Origin: an uncultured Muribaculaceae bacterium
Lineage (GTDB): Bacteria; Bacillota_I; Bacilli_A; RF39; UBA660
Length of the DNA: 55,644 nucleotides
Assembly (NCBI GenBank): GCA_964609995.1
Contig: CAZSTI010000001.1
Location: 29,886 to 85,529, forward strand
Direction of reading: 5' to 3'
In this document: piece after piece, positions 18,793 through 27,691 of the stretch
Layout of the letters: every line of letters begins with the position of its first letter
Numbering within the stretch: the stretch's first letter is position 1
Notes under the pieces: model-generated
What the model saw: only the letters and a program-made list of their open reading frames with translations
Told to the model about the DNA's origin: nothing
The model's database searches: none
Translations under genes and position numbers: made by a program

Positions 18793-20208
18793 ATGGCATA
18801 TATACCTACAATAGGATTAGAAGTTCATTGTGAATTAAAAACAAATAATAAAGCTTTCTCTAATTCAAAAAACACTTATGGATTAAAAGCAAATAGTGAA
18901 GCTAACGAAATAGATATGGGATATCCTGGATCTTTACCTACTTTGAATAAAGAAATAATTGATTTTGGAATAAAATGTGCAAAAGCTCTTAACTGCAAAA
19001 TAAATGTTGACGGATATTTCGATAGAAAAAATTATTTTTATCCAGATAATTCAAAGAATTATCAAATTACTCAACAAGATTATCCTATTGGTTATGATGG
19101 TTATGTTGAAATAGAAATTAACCAAATGAAGAAAAAAATATATATTGAAGAAATTCATTTGGAAGAGGATACAGCAAAAAGCTTTCATGAAAAAGGATTA
19201 ACTTTATTAGATTTTAATAGATCTGGGATTCCTTTAATTGAAATAGTATCTAAACCAAATATTAATAGTGAAACTGAAGCTGTTTTATATGTGGAAAGAT
19301 TGAGAGAAATACTATCATATTCAGGAATAAGTGATGTTAAAATTGAAGAAGGAAGTATGAGATGTGATGTCAATGTATCTATTAGAAAAGAAGAAAACGA
19401 TAAATTGGGACACAAAGTAGAAATTAAGAATGTTGGTTCAATAAATAGTATTAAATTGGCAATCATTTCTGAAATAGAAAGGCAATCAACTTTGTTGGAT
19501 AATAATGAAATCATTGTTGAACAAACTAGGAAATATGATGAAAAAAAGAATACAACAGTATTAATGAGAACAAAAGAAACTAAAAACGATTATAGATATT
19601 TTCCTGAACCCGATATTCCTAGAGTGCATATTGATAATGCTTGGATTGATTCTATTGAATTGCCAATATTGCCTCAAGAATTAAGAGAAAAATATAAATG
19701 TTATGGCATAAATGATATTGGAATTAATGCCTTAATTAATAATATAGAATTAAATTCATTTCTAAACGATGCAATTATATTGGGAGCTGATCCAATTATT
19801 TCATCAAATTTGTTAACTGGTGATATATTGTCTTATTTAAATAAAACTGGCATATCAATAAATAAAACAAATATTAATCCTACTATTTTAAATGCTTTAA
19901 CAAATAAGATAAAAAATAATGAAATATCTTCTAAAATGTCAAAATTAATAATACAAAAAATATTAGAAACTGGTAAAGATATAGATTTAATAATTAAGGA
20001 AGAGGGATTAATAAAATTAACTGATAAAGATGCATTAACATCATTAATAAAAAATATTATAGATAATAATACTTCTTTTATTAACTCTAATTTAGACAAC
20101 AAAATTAAGTTAGAAAAATATATAATGGGTCAAGTTATGAAAGAGACTAATGGTAATGCAGATCCTATTATTTCTTTAGATATAATAAATGGAATGTTGA
20201 CAAAATAA
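18793..20208 (+). CDS. gatB: Glu/Asp-tRNA amidotransferase subunit B
   Basis: IGLEVHCEL N-terminal motif, DYRYFPEPD, and a GatB/YqeY-type C-terminal tail. ATG at 18793 chosen over the GTG at 18784. Confidence 0.92.
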   Translation: MAYIPTIGLEVHCELKTNNKAFSNSKNTYGLKANSEANEIDMGYPGSLPTLNKEIIDFGIKCAKALNCKINVDGYFDRKNYFYPDNSKNYQITQQDYPIGYDGYVEIEINQMKKKIYIEEIHLEEDTAKSFHEKGLTLLDFNRSGIPLIEIVSKPNINSETEAVLYVERLREILSYSGISDVKIEEGSMRCDVNVSIRKEENDKLGHKVEIKNVGSINSIKLAIISEIERQSTLLDNNEIIVEQTRKYDEKKNTTVLMRTKETKNDYRYFPEPDIPRVHIDNAWIDSIELPILPQELREKYKCYGINDIGINALINNIELNSFLNDAIILGADPIISSNLLTGDILSYLNKTGISINKTNINPTILNALTNKIKNNEISSKMSKLIIQKILETGKDIDLIIKEEGLIKLTDKDALTSLIKNIIDNNTSFINSNLDNKIKLEKYIMGQVMKETNGNADPIISLDIINGMLTK

Positions 20209-20262
20209 TTTGAACATAAGTGGTGTTTGTAGTATAATTATAATAGTTTGAGGTGATTATTA

Positions 20263-20742
20263 GTGAAAGCTTTTTATAAGAAATATAAAGTATTTATATA
20301 TATCGGTGTTTTTTTAATAATGGGTGTAGTTTCTATAGTGTTATTAAAGAATTTTCTTTATCCTGATGATTATAAATCAGCATATGGTAGTAGATTAGAT
20401 GGTATAGAGGGTGTTGCAATAGATTCTAATAGAAAAAGTGAAATATCAAATATTTACCAAAAAGACACAAATATTAAGTCTGTAAGTATAGATATAAAAG
20501 GAAAGATAATTAATTTAATTATAGATGTTAATGAATCTTTAACTATAGAATTAGCTAAAGAAAACTTTCTAAAAAGTCTAGAAGAATTTAAAGAAGAAGA
20601 AAGATCATTTTATGATATTCAATTTTTTGTTAAGAATGAGGTTTTAAAATATACCATGATTGGATATAAGAACGCAACTTCAGATGTAATAGTATGGAGT
20701 GAATATAGTGAGGTAATAGATGAAGCTGAAGAAGAACAATAA
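20263..20742 (+). CDS. Small membrane-anchored protein of unknown function (N-terminal TM, acidic C-terminus)
   Basis: GTG start 7 nt after a GAGGTG RBS. One N-terminal hydrophobic helix (VFIYIGVFLIMGVVSIVLL). The 3' end overlaps the next gene by 23 nt. Confidence 0.6.
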   Translation: MKAFYKKYKVFIYIGVFLIMGVVSIVLLKNFLYPDDYKSAYGSRLDGIEGVAIDSNRKSEISNIYQKDTNIKSVSIDIKGKIINLIIDVNESLTIELAKENFLKSLEEFKEEERSFYDIQFFVKNEVLKYTMIGYKNATSDVIVWSEYSEVIDEAEEEQ

Positions 20743-22756
20743 AAAGAAAATTATATTAATTGGAATTTCTTTATTGTTTATAATCTTTGTTTTATTAATA
20801 TCTTTTTTCTTTGGAAAAAAAGAGGAAAATTATGATTTATCTTTAAGTGAAAAGAGATGGATTGAAGGAAACAAAAATAAGGTTATAGATATAAGTATAG
20901 TTAATGATATTCCTATTTTTGCTAATGAAGGAGAAGGAATTATATTAACTTTTCTAGACTATTTTGAACAAACTACTGGATTGGATTTAAATAAATTATC
21001 AAATGAAAATAGTACATCTTATGATTTGTCTTTTAAGGTATTATCAGAAACTGAAAATATAAAAGATAATCACATTTTACTGTTTAAAGATAATTTTGTT
21101 TTGCTAGGTAAAATTGAAGAAAAAATAAGTAATTTAAACTTATTAAGTGATAGAAAAATCGGAGTATTAAAAGAAAATCTTGATGAGGTATCAAAGTATT
21201 TAGAGACTGACTCAGCATTAACATTTGTGTCTAATGAAGATATTGTTTCTTTATTTTCAAAATTTGATAGTGGAGAATTAGATTATATAGCAATACCAAG
21301 AACACAATACTTAGGAAAAATTATAAGTAGTAATTATTTTGTGGTATATAATTTAAGCGCTTTAAATAATTCTTATGTCTTTGATTTAAATGGTAATAAG
21401 GAGTTAAATTCAATATTTTCTAAGAAACTTAATGAGTGGCTAATTATTAATTATGATAAATTATACATAGAGGAATTGAACAAATATTATTTTGAATTAA
21501 GCAAAATAGATGAAAAAAAGATTTCTGATTTTAAAAGTAGAGTCTATATTTATGGATATATAGATAATTTGCCATACGATATAGAAAAAGCCGGTAATCA
21601 TCAAGGAATAAATAAAGAGTTTTTAGAAGGATTTGAACAATTTTCTGGAGCTAAAATCAATTATAAAAAATATAATAATATTGATGATTTGCAAGATGCA
21701 TTTAATAAAAAGAACGTTGATTTTTATTTTAATTATTATAGTTATGACGACATTAAAAATGTACAATATTTAATGCCAATATATACTAGTAATTATGTAA
21801 TTCTATCTCATATTGATAACAATGTTACTATTGATTCTTTTCCTTCTTTAAGAGGAAAAACAATATATACTTTAAAGGATACTGCATTAGCAAACTATAT
21901 GAACAAAAATAGTGGAGCAGAAGTAAAGACTTATACAAGAATAAACAACTTATTAAAAAACAAAGATCCTTTAGTTATGTTGGATTTAAATGTATATAAT
22001 TTTTATAAAAGTACTAAATTAAAAGATTATTATATTATATATGAGGGAGTTTCTGATATTAAATATAATTATGGAGTTAATAAAGATGAAATTAATGATA
22101 CTTTTTCAAAAATATTTCAATTTTATTTGATGAATTCTAATCATAAAGCCTTAATAAATCAAGGCATGACCAAATTATTAAAGTCAAATTTTCTATCAGA
22201 TATTAGTGATACTCAATATATTTTACTTGGAATAGTGGTTATTCTTTCTCTTATGTTACTTTTAAGAAAGAAAACTAATGTAAAAATTAACAAATATGGA
22301 AATACCAAATATATTGATGCATTAACTTCTTTAAAGAATAGAAATTATTTAATTGAAAATGTAGAAAAATGGGATGAATCAAAAGTATTACCAAAAACAA
22401 TAATTATAATTGACTTAAATAGATTAAAAGATGTAAATAATAATTTTGGATATAAAGAAGGAGATAGGCTAATAAAAGCTGCTGCTAATATATTGATTAA
22501 TAATCAAATAGAAAAATCCGAAATAATTAGAACGGATGGAAATGAATTTTTAGTATATCTGGTTGGTTATGATAAGGCATATGTTTTGGATTATGTTAGA
22601 AAGTTACAAAAATTATTTAAAGATCTTCCTTATGAACATGGTGCTACATTGGGATATAGTACTATTAATGATGATATTAAGGAAATTGAAGACGCAATAA
22701 ATGAAGCTACATTAGATATGTTAACAAATAAAGAAACTAGATCACTTGATGTATAG
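20720..22756 (+). CDS. Membrane sensor: N-terminal TM, two periplasmic-binding-protein (SBP type 3)-like modules, a second TM, and a C-terminal degenerate GGDEF domain (DGNEF)
   Basis: GGDEF-domain landmarks DALTSLKNRNY, IIIDLNRLKDVNNNFGYKEGD and RTDGNEFLVYL (motif codons 22535-22549). The extracytoplasmic region has SBP-like stretches RKIGVLKEN...ELDYIAIP and GKTIYTLKDTALANY. Confidence 0.7.
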   Translation: MKLKKNNKKKIILIGISLLFIIFVLLISFFFGKKEENYDLSLSEKRWIEGNKNKVIDISIVNDIPIFANEGEGIILTFLDYFEQTTGLDLNKLSNENSTSYDLSFKVLSETENIKDNHILLFKDNFVLLGKIEEKISNLNLLSDRKIGVLKENLDEVSKYLETDSALTFVSNEDIVSLFSKFDSGELDYIAIPRTQYLGKIISSNYFVVYNLSALNNSYVFDLNGNKELNSIFSKKLNEWLIINYDKLYIEELNKYYFELSKIDEKKISDFKSRVYIYGYIDNLPYDIEKAGNHQGINKEFLEGFEQFSGAKINYKKYNNIDDLQDAFNKKNVDFYFNYYSYDDIKNVQYLMPIYTSNYVILSHIDNNVTIDSFPSLRGKTIYTLKDTALANYMNKNSGAEVKTYTRINNLLKNKDPLVMLDLNVYNFYKSTKLKDYYIIYEGVSDIKYNYGVNKDEINDTFSKIFQFYLMNSNHKALINQGMTKLLKSNFLSDISDTQYILLGIVVILSLMLLLRKKTNVKINKYGNTKYIDALTSLKNRNYLIENVEKWDESKVLPKTIIIIDLNRLKDVNNNFGYKEGDRLIKAAANILINNQIEKSEIIRTDGNEFLVYLVGYDKAYVLDYVRKLQKLFKDLPYEHGATLGYSTINDDIKEIEDAINEATLDMLTNKETRSLDV

Positions 22757-22764
22757 AGGAATAT

Positions 22765-23628
22765 ATGAAAAAGATAAAACTTTATATAAAAGAAATAGGG
22801 GATACATTAAAAAGACCTGTAGTATCAATGTTACCTGGTCATTTGTCTTTTTCTTTTGTTTTATCTTTTATTCCTATGCTATCACTAATTGCTTTAATAG
22901 CATATAACTTATCCATATCTATAGATGTATTGAGAGATTTTATTATAAATACCTTTCCTGGTGAAACAGGTGAAATATTAAATAGATTTCTTAGTAGAGA
23001 AGGTATATACTTTGATGGAGTGATTTTTACTTTATTAGCGATTTCTATCTCTTCAAATGGTATGTATTCAGTAATTAGAATTGCAAATATATTATATGGC
23101 ATCATTGAAGATTCGCTTGTTTCAAAAATAAAAAATAGAATAAAATCTGTTTTAATGGCTTTTTTAATGGTTATATTAGTAATATTCATGTTCATTGTTT
23201 TAGGATGGGGAAACTCAATAATTAATTTAGTAGTGAATTTAGAACCTTTTGAAAACGCATCAAGTGGAATAGAAGTAATATATAAAATAATAAAATTCCC
23301 TCTTTCATTTTCAATTATTTATTTTATAATTAAATTAATTTATACTTTAGCTCCTAATGAAAACATAAAAAGTAAAAGTGTAAGTTGGGGTTCTTTGTTT
23401 ACAACAATATTATTAATAATAGTAACAATGATATATTCATTGTATATATCAATTACTCATCGATATGATATATTATATGGTAGTTTATCAAACATAATAA
23501 TTTTATTTATGTGGCTATATTTTATTTCTTTTATATTTATTATTGGTCTAATTATAAATGTAAATAATTCAAAAAGATTAAATGAAGAAAAAAGAGGAGA
23601 AAATGAAAATCAAAAAAATACTAAGTAA
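22765..23628 (+). CDS. YihY/BrkB-family integral membrane protein
   Basis: 287 aa with about 6 predicted TM helices. The N-terminal segment LPGHLSFSFVLSFIPMLSLIALI resembles the YihY family. Confidence 0.55.
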   Translation: MKKIKLYIKEIGDTLKRPVVSMLPGHLSFSFVLSFIPMLSLIALIAYNLSISIDVLRDFIINTFPGETGEILNRFLSREGIYFDGVIFTLLAISISSNGMYSVIRIANILYGIIEDSLVSKIKNRIKSVLMAFLMVILVIFMFIVLGWGNSIINLVVNLEPFENASSGIEVIYKIIKFPLSFSIIYFIIKLIYTLAPNENIKSKSVSWGSLFTTILLIIVTMIYSLYISITHRYDILYGSLSNIIILFMWLYFISFIFIIGLIINVNNSKRLNEEKRGENENQKNTK

Positions 23629-25579
23629 GATTAAAATTAGTAAAAAAGATTTTTTGGAAAACAAATTGTTTTTTTTGACTTTAATTAGTGCTTTAATTAA
23701 TGATTTTTTATTAAGAGCTTTTACAATTGGAAATTTATTAAATATAAAACCTTTATTGGGTTCTTTTTGTTTTATTTTATTATTATGTTCTTTTGGTTTT
23801 CTATTGGAAGATAAGAAAAGGAATATTTATTTTAGTATTATCCTTATATCTTCTGTAATTATTACTGTTATAAATAGTATTTATTATACATTTTATTTTT
23901 CATTTTTATCTGTATCTTTAATAAGTATAATATTTCAATTATCTGATGTAAAAGACGCTATAAAAGATAGTGTATTTCAATTTAAAGATTTGATATATTT
24001 GTGGCCATTGTTTATTTATTATATATTGATTAAAGGAAAAACATATAAAAATAATAAAATTAATAAGAAGACTTTTTATATTTGTGCGTTTTTATCAACT
24101 TTCATATTGGTGACATATATATTGATATTTAGAGTTAATATAAATAGTTTATCAGAACAATGGAGCAAAGAATATATTGTCAGTAAATTTGGAATATATA
24201 TATATCAAGCTAATGATATTGTAAGAAGTTTGGAACCGAATATTAATAATATGTTTGGATGTGATCAATCTATAAGAAAAATTGACGAATATTATGAAAA
24301 TAGAACTTATAATAATGTAGATAATGAGTATACAAATATATTTAAGGGTAAAAATTTAATTGCAATACATGCTGAAAGTATTCAACAATTTCTTTTAGAT
24401 TTAGAATTTAATAATGTAGAAGTAACTCCAAATTTAAATAAGTTATCAAAAGAAGGTATATATTTTTCTAATTTTTATCCTCAAGTAGGAGCTGGAACTA
24501 GTAGCGATACTGAATTTACACTATCAACATCACTATTACCAGTAAAAAATGGAACAATTTTTGTTAGTTATTGGGATAGAGATTATGTTTCACTACCAAA
24601 TCTACTTAATGATAAAGGTTATTATTCTTTCAGTATGCATGGAAATATTGGAACTTTTTGGAATAGAATAGTAATGCATGAAAAACTTGGATATAATAAG
24701 TTTTATCATGAGTCATATTATGAGCTTGATGATAAGATTGGTTTGGGCTTGTCTGATAAATCTTTCTTTAGGCAATCAATACCAATTATAAAAGAAATGA
24801 GTTTAAATAATTCTAATTATTATGCTAATGTTATTACTTTAACTAATCACACTCCATTTATGGAATTAGAAAAATATGGTGAATTTGATTTGTCTATGGA
24901 AGTTGAAATCGAAAATGAATATGGCGAAATAGAAAAAAGAACAGTTCCATATTTAGAAAACAGCAAATTAGGAAACTATATAAAATCTTCTCATTATGCT
25001 GATGCTGCTATAGGGGAATTTATTTCGAATTTAGATGAAGAAGGTTTGTTGGAAAATACAGTATTATTAATATATGGAGATCACGACGCAAGATTATTAA
25101 AAAACGAATATGATAGATTTTATAATTATAATCCTTTAACAGATTCCATTTTAGATGTAAATGATCCAAATTATAAGGAATTTGATTATTACTCATATGA
25201 GCTAAATAGAAAAGTTCCATTAATTATATGGACTAAAAACACTTCGTTTAAAAAGGAAGTTAAAACAGTAATGGGTATGGTTGATGTTCTTCCTACTCTA
25301 GGTAATATGTTTGATATTGATAATAAATATGCACTTGGTAATGATGTTTTTAATACAAAAGATAATATTGTTGTTTTTCAAAATGGTAACTGGTTAACAG
25401 ATAAATTATATTATAATAATCAAAAAGAAGAATATTTGCCATTGGAAAAAGAAGTAATTAATGATGATTATATTAAAATTAACAAAGAAAAAGCAGAAGA
25501 AATATTAAATATTTCTAACGATTTTATTGTGTGCGATTATATTAAAAAAACTAATGATAATAGTGAGGTAATAAAATGA
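23603..25579 (+). CDS. LtaS-family phosphoglycerol transferase (polytopic N-terminus plus extracellular sulfatase-fold domain)
   Basis: NLIAIHAESIQQFLLD...VEVTPNLNKLSKEGIYFSNFYPQVGAGTSSDTEF closely resembles the LtaS active-site region, including the catalytic Thr. Five N-terminal TM helices. ATG at 23603 with an AGAGGAG RBS. Confidence 0.8.
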   Translation: MKIKKILSKIKISKKDFLENKLFFLTLISALINDFLLRAFTIGNLLNIKPLLGSFCFILLLCSFGFLLEDKKRNIYFSIILISSVIITVINSIYYTFYFSFLSVSLISIIFQLSDVKDAIKDSVFQFKDLIYLWPLFIYYILIKGKTYKNNKINKKTFYICAFLSTFILVTYILIFRVNINSLSEQWSKEYIVSKFGIYIYQANDIVRSLEPNINNMFGCDQSIRKIDEYYENRTYNNVDNEYTNIFKGKNLIAIHAESIQQFLLDLEFNNVEVTPNLNKLSKEGIYFSNFYPQVGAGTSSDTEFTLSTSLLPVKNGTIFVSYWDRDYVSLPNLLNDKGYYSFSMHGNIGTFWNRIVMHEKLGYNKFYHESYYELDDKIGLGLSDKSFFRQSIPIIKEMSLNNSNYYANVITLTNHTPFMELEKYGEFDLSMEVEIENEYGEIEKRTVPYLENSKLGNYIKSSHYADAAIGEFISNLDEEGLLENTVLLIYGDHDARLLKNEYDRFYNYNPLTDSILDVNDPNYKEFDYYSYELNRKVPLIIWTKNTSFKKEVKTVMGMVDVLPTLGNMFDIDNKYALGNDVFNTKDNIVVFQNGNWLTDKLYYNNQKEEYLPLEKEVINDDYIKINKEKAEEILNISNDFIVCDYIKKTNDNSEVIK

Positions 25580-26187
25580 TAGATAAATTGAAAATAACTG
25601 AAAAAATAATAAAAATATTTATATTAGTTATAATGTTAGTTACAATTGTTGTTGTTATTGCCAGTTTCTTTTTTAATACAAAAGATAGAGAGATAGTCGT
25701 AGAAAATGAAATTAAGGAATATAATTATATCCAATTAGAAAGTGATACAGAATTGTTTAAAACTGAGTTTATAAATTTAAAAACCATATTAGAAAAAAAA
25801 GATGTTAATTATGAAGATTATGCAAAAAGTATTTCAAAACTATTTATTATTGATTTTTATAGTCTAATAAATAAAACTTCATCATATGATATTGGAGGAG
25901 TTCAGTTTATTTATTCGGAATTTAAAGATAATTTTAGTTTAAAAGCTTCTGATACTATATATAAATATTTGAATCCTGATATTAAGGAATTACCCTTAGT
26001 TAAGGAAGTTAATATTGAGAGTATTGAAAAGACTATTTTCGAATATAAAGGTAAAGAGTATGAATCATATAAAGTATTATTAAATTGGGAATATGAAAAA
26101 GATTATGGTTACGAAAAAGAATGTATGTTGACTCTCATAAATGATAATAATAGGTTAGATATTGTCGAAAATACAAAAGTATTATAA
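25576..26187 (+). CDS. Membrane-anchored protein of unknown function
   Basis: ATGA overlap with the upstream gene. Single N-terminal TM helix (IFILVIMLVTIVVVIASFFF). No motif recognised. Confidence 0.55.
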   Translation: MIDKLKITEKIIKIFILVIMLVTIVVVIASFFFNTKDREIVVENEIKEYNYIQLESDTELFKTEFINLKTILEKKDVNYEDYAKSISKLFIIDFYSLINKTSSYDIGGVQFIYSEFKDNFSLKASDTIYKYLNPDIKELPLVKEVNIESIEKTIFEYKGKEYESYKVLLNWEYEKDYGYEKECMLTLINDNNRLDIVENTKVL

Positions 26188-26210
26188 ATATACAGAATGG
26201 AGGCTACATA

Positions 26211-27665
26211 ATGGTTTTATCTAATATTGATAATATTTATGTAATTGGTGAAAAAATATATATTTTATCTGGAATAATTATTGCAACCTTAGTATCATAT
26301 AGAATCATATATTTAATAATTGGAATATTTTTTACTAGAAAGTTTAATAAAGCAAAGAAGTTGCATAAATATGCTATTTTGATTGCTGCTAGAAATGAAG
26401 AAAAAGTAATAGGGAATTTACTATCAAGCATTAATAAGCAAGATTATCCTAAAGATAAAATCACTATTTTTGTTGTTGCTGATAATTGTAATGATAAGAC
26501 AGCTAAAATAGCAAGAAATAATGGTGCTATTTGTTATGAAAGATTTGATGATAAAAATAAAACAAAGGGATTTGCTTTACAATTTTTATTAAATAAAATT
26601 GAAGAAGATTATGGCAGATTATCTTTTGAAGGATATTTTGTATTTGATGCCGATAATTTATTGAAAAAAGATTATATTTCAAAAATGAATGATGCTTTTG
26701 ATTCGGGAGAAAAAATAATTACTTCATATAGAAATACTAAAAATTTTGACGAGAATTGGATAGCTTCTAATTATGCTCTACATTGGTTAAGGTCAATTAG
26801 AAATGATCATAGAGCAAGAAGTGTATTGCGATTAGCAACTAATATTCAAGGAACTGGTTTTCTATTTGCAAGCGAGATAGTAAAAGCTGGATGGAAATTC
26901 ACTTCATTGACTGAAGATAGAGCTTTGTCTGCAGATGCTGTTGTAAAGGGATATAGTATTACATATAATGATGAAGCGGAGTTTTTTGATGAACAACCCA
27001 TTAATTTAAAGATAGCTTTAAGACAGCGTTTAAGGTGGTCAAAAGGGCATTTGTTAGCATATGTTGAAACGGCTCCAAGTTTAATAAAAAATATAATATT
27101 TGGAAGAAGGTATATTGAAAACAAAACACCAATTCTTAATAATAAGTATTTAGAATCATTAAGGCATAGATTTACTTCTTACGATATGTTGATGCATCAA
27201 ACACCTTTTTTAGTATTTAATTTCTTTTTTTGGTTCTTTTTTAGCGCTTTATTATATGTAATTTATTCATATTCAAATGGTGTATCTAATACATCTTTAG
27301 TGTTTGAAACTTCTCTAATAGGAAGATTATTAACATATTTATTTAAAGACATTTATTTTAATTATGATCCAGGATTCAAAGCTATGTTGGCGTCATTAAT
27401 AATTGTTTTTGGGCTAAGATTAATATTTAGAATAGAAACATATTTATTAAGTTTAATTATGCCTATATATATTTTTATAATTGAAAGAAAAAGGATTAAG
27501 AAAATTAAATTAATTGATAAAATTAAATTCACATTAACTTGGCCAATATTTGATTTAATTGGAATTTATACTTCTTATATTGCATTGTTTGTAAAAGTAA
27601 CTTGGAAACCAATTCCACATACGAGTGAAGTTACTATTGACGATATTTATAAATCCAAAAAATAA
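26211..27665 (+). CDS. Processive family-2 glycosyltransferase (membrane-embedded, cellulose/PNAG-synthase-like)
   Basis: ILIAARNEEKVIGNLL...VVADNCNDKT, the FDADN motif, TEDRALS, and Q(R)xRW as QRLRWSKG (27024-27038). One N-terminal TM helix and several C-terminal ones. Confidence 0.8.
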   Translation: MVLSNIDNIYVIGEKIYILSGIIIATLVSYRIIYLIIGIFFTRKFNKAKKLHKYAILIAARNEEKVIGNLLSSINKQDYPKDKITIFVVADNCNDKTAKIARNNGAICYERFDDKNKTKGFALQFLLNKIEEDYGRLSFEGYFVFDADNLLKKDYISKMNDAFDSGEKIITSYRNTKNFDENWIASNYALHWLRSIRNDHRARSVLRLATNIQGTGFLFASEIVKAGWKFTSLTEDRALSADAVVKGYSITYNDEAEFFDEQPINLKIALRQRLRWSKGHLLAYVETAPSLIKNIIFGRRYIENKTPILNNKYLESLRHRFTSYDMLMHQTPFLVFNFFFWFFFSALLYVIYSYSNGVSNTSLVFETSLIGRLLTYLFKDIYFNYDPGFKAMLASLIIVFGLRLIFRIETYLLSLIMPIYIFIIERKRIKKIKLIDKIKFTLTWPIFDLIGIYTSYIALFVKVTWKPIPHTSEVTIDDIYKSKK

Positions 27666-27691
27666 AACAAGCTAAATTATTGCTTGTTTTT
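27664..27691. terminator. Bidirectional terminator shared by the convergent GT2 and LtaS-like genes
   Basis: Arms aaaacaagc / gcttgtttt with a 9-nt loop. The hairpin overlaps both stop codons (27663-27665 and 27677-27679). Confidence 0.65.
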
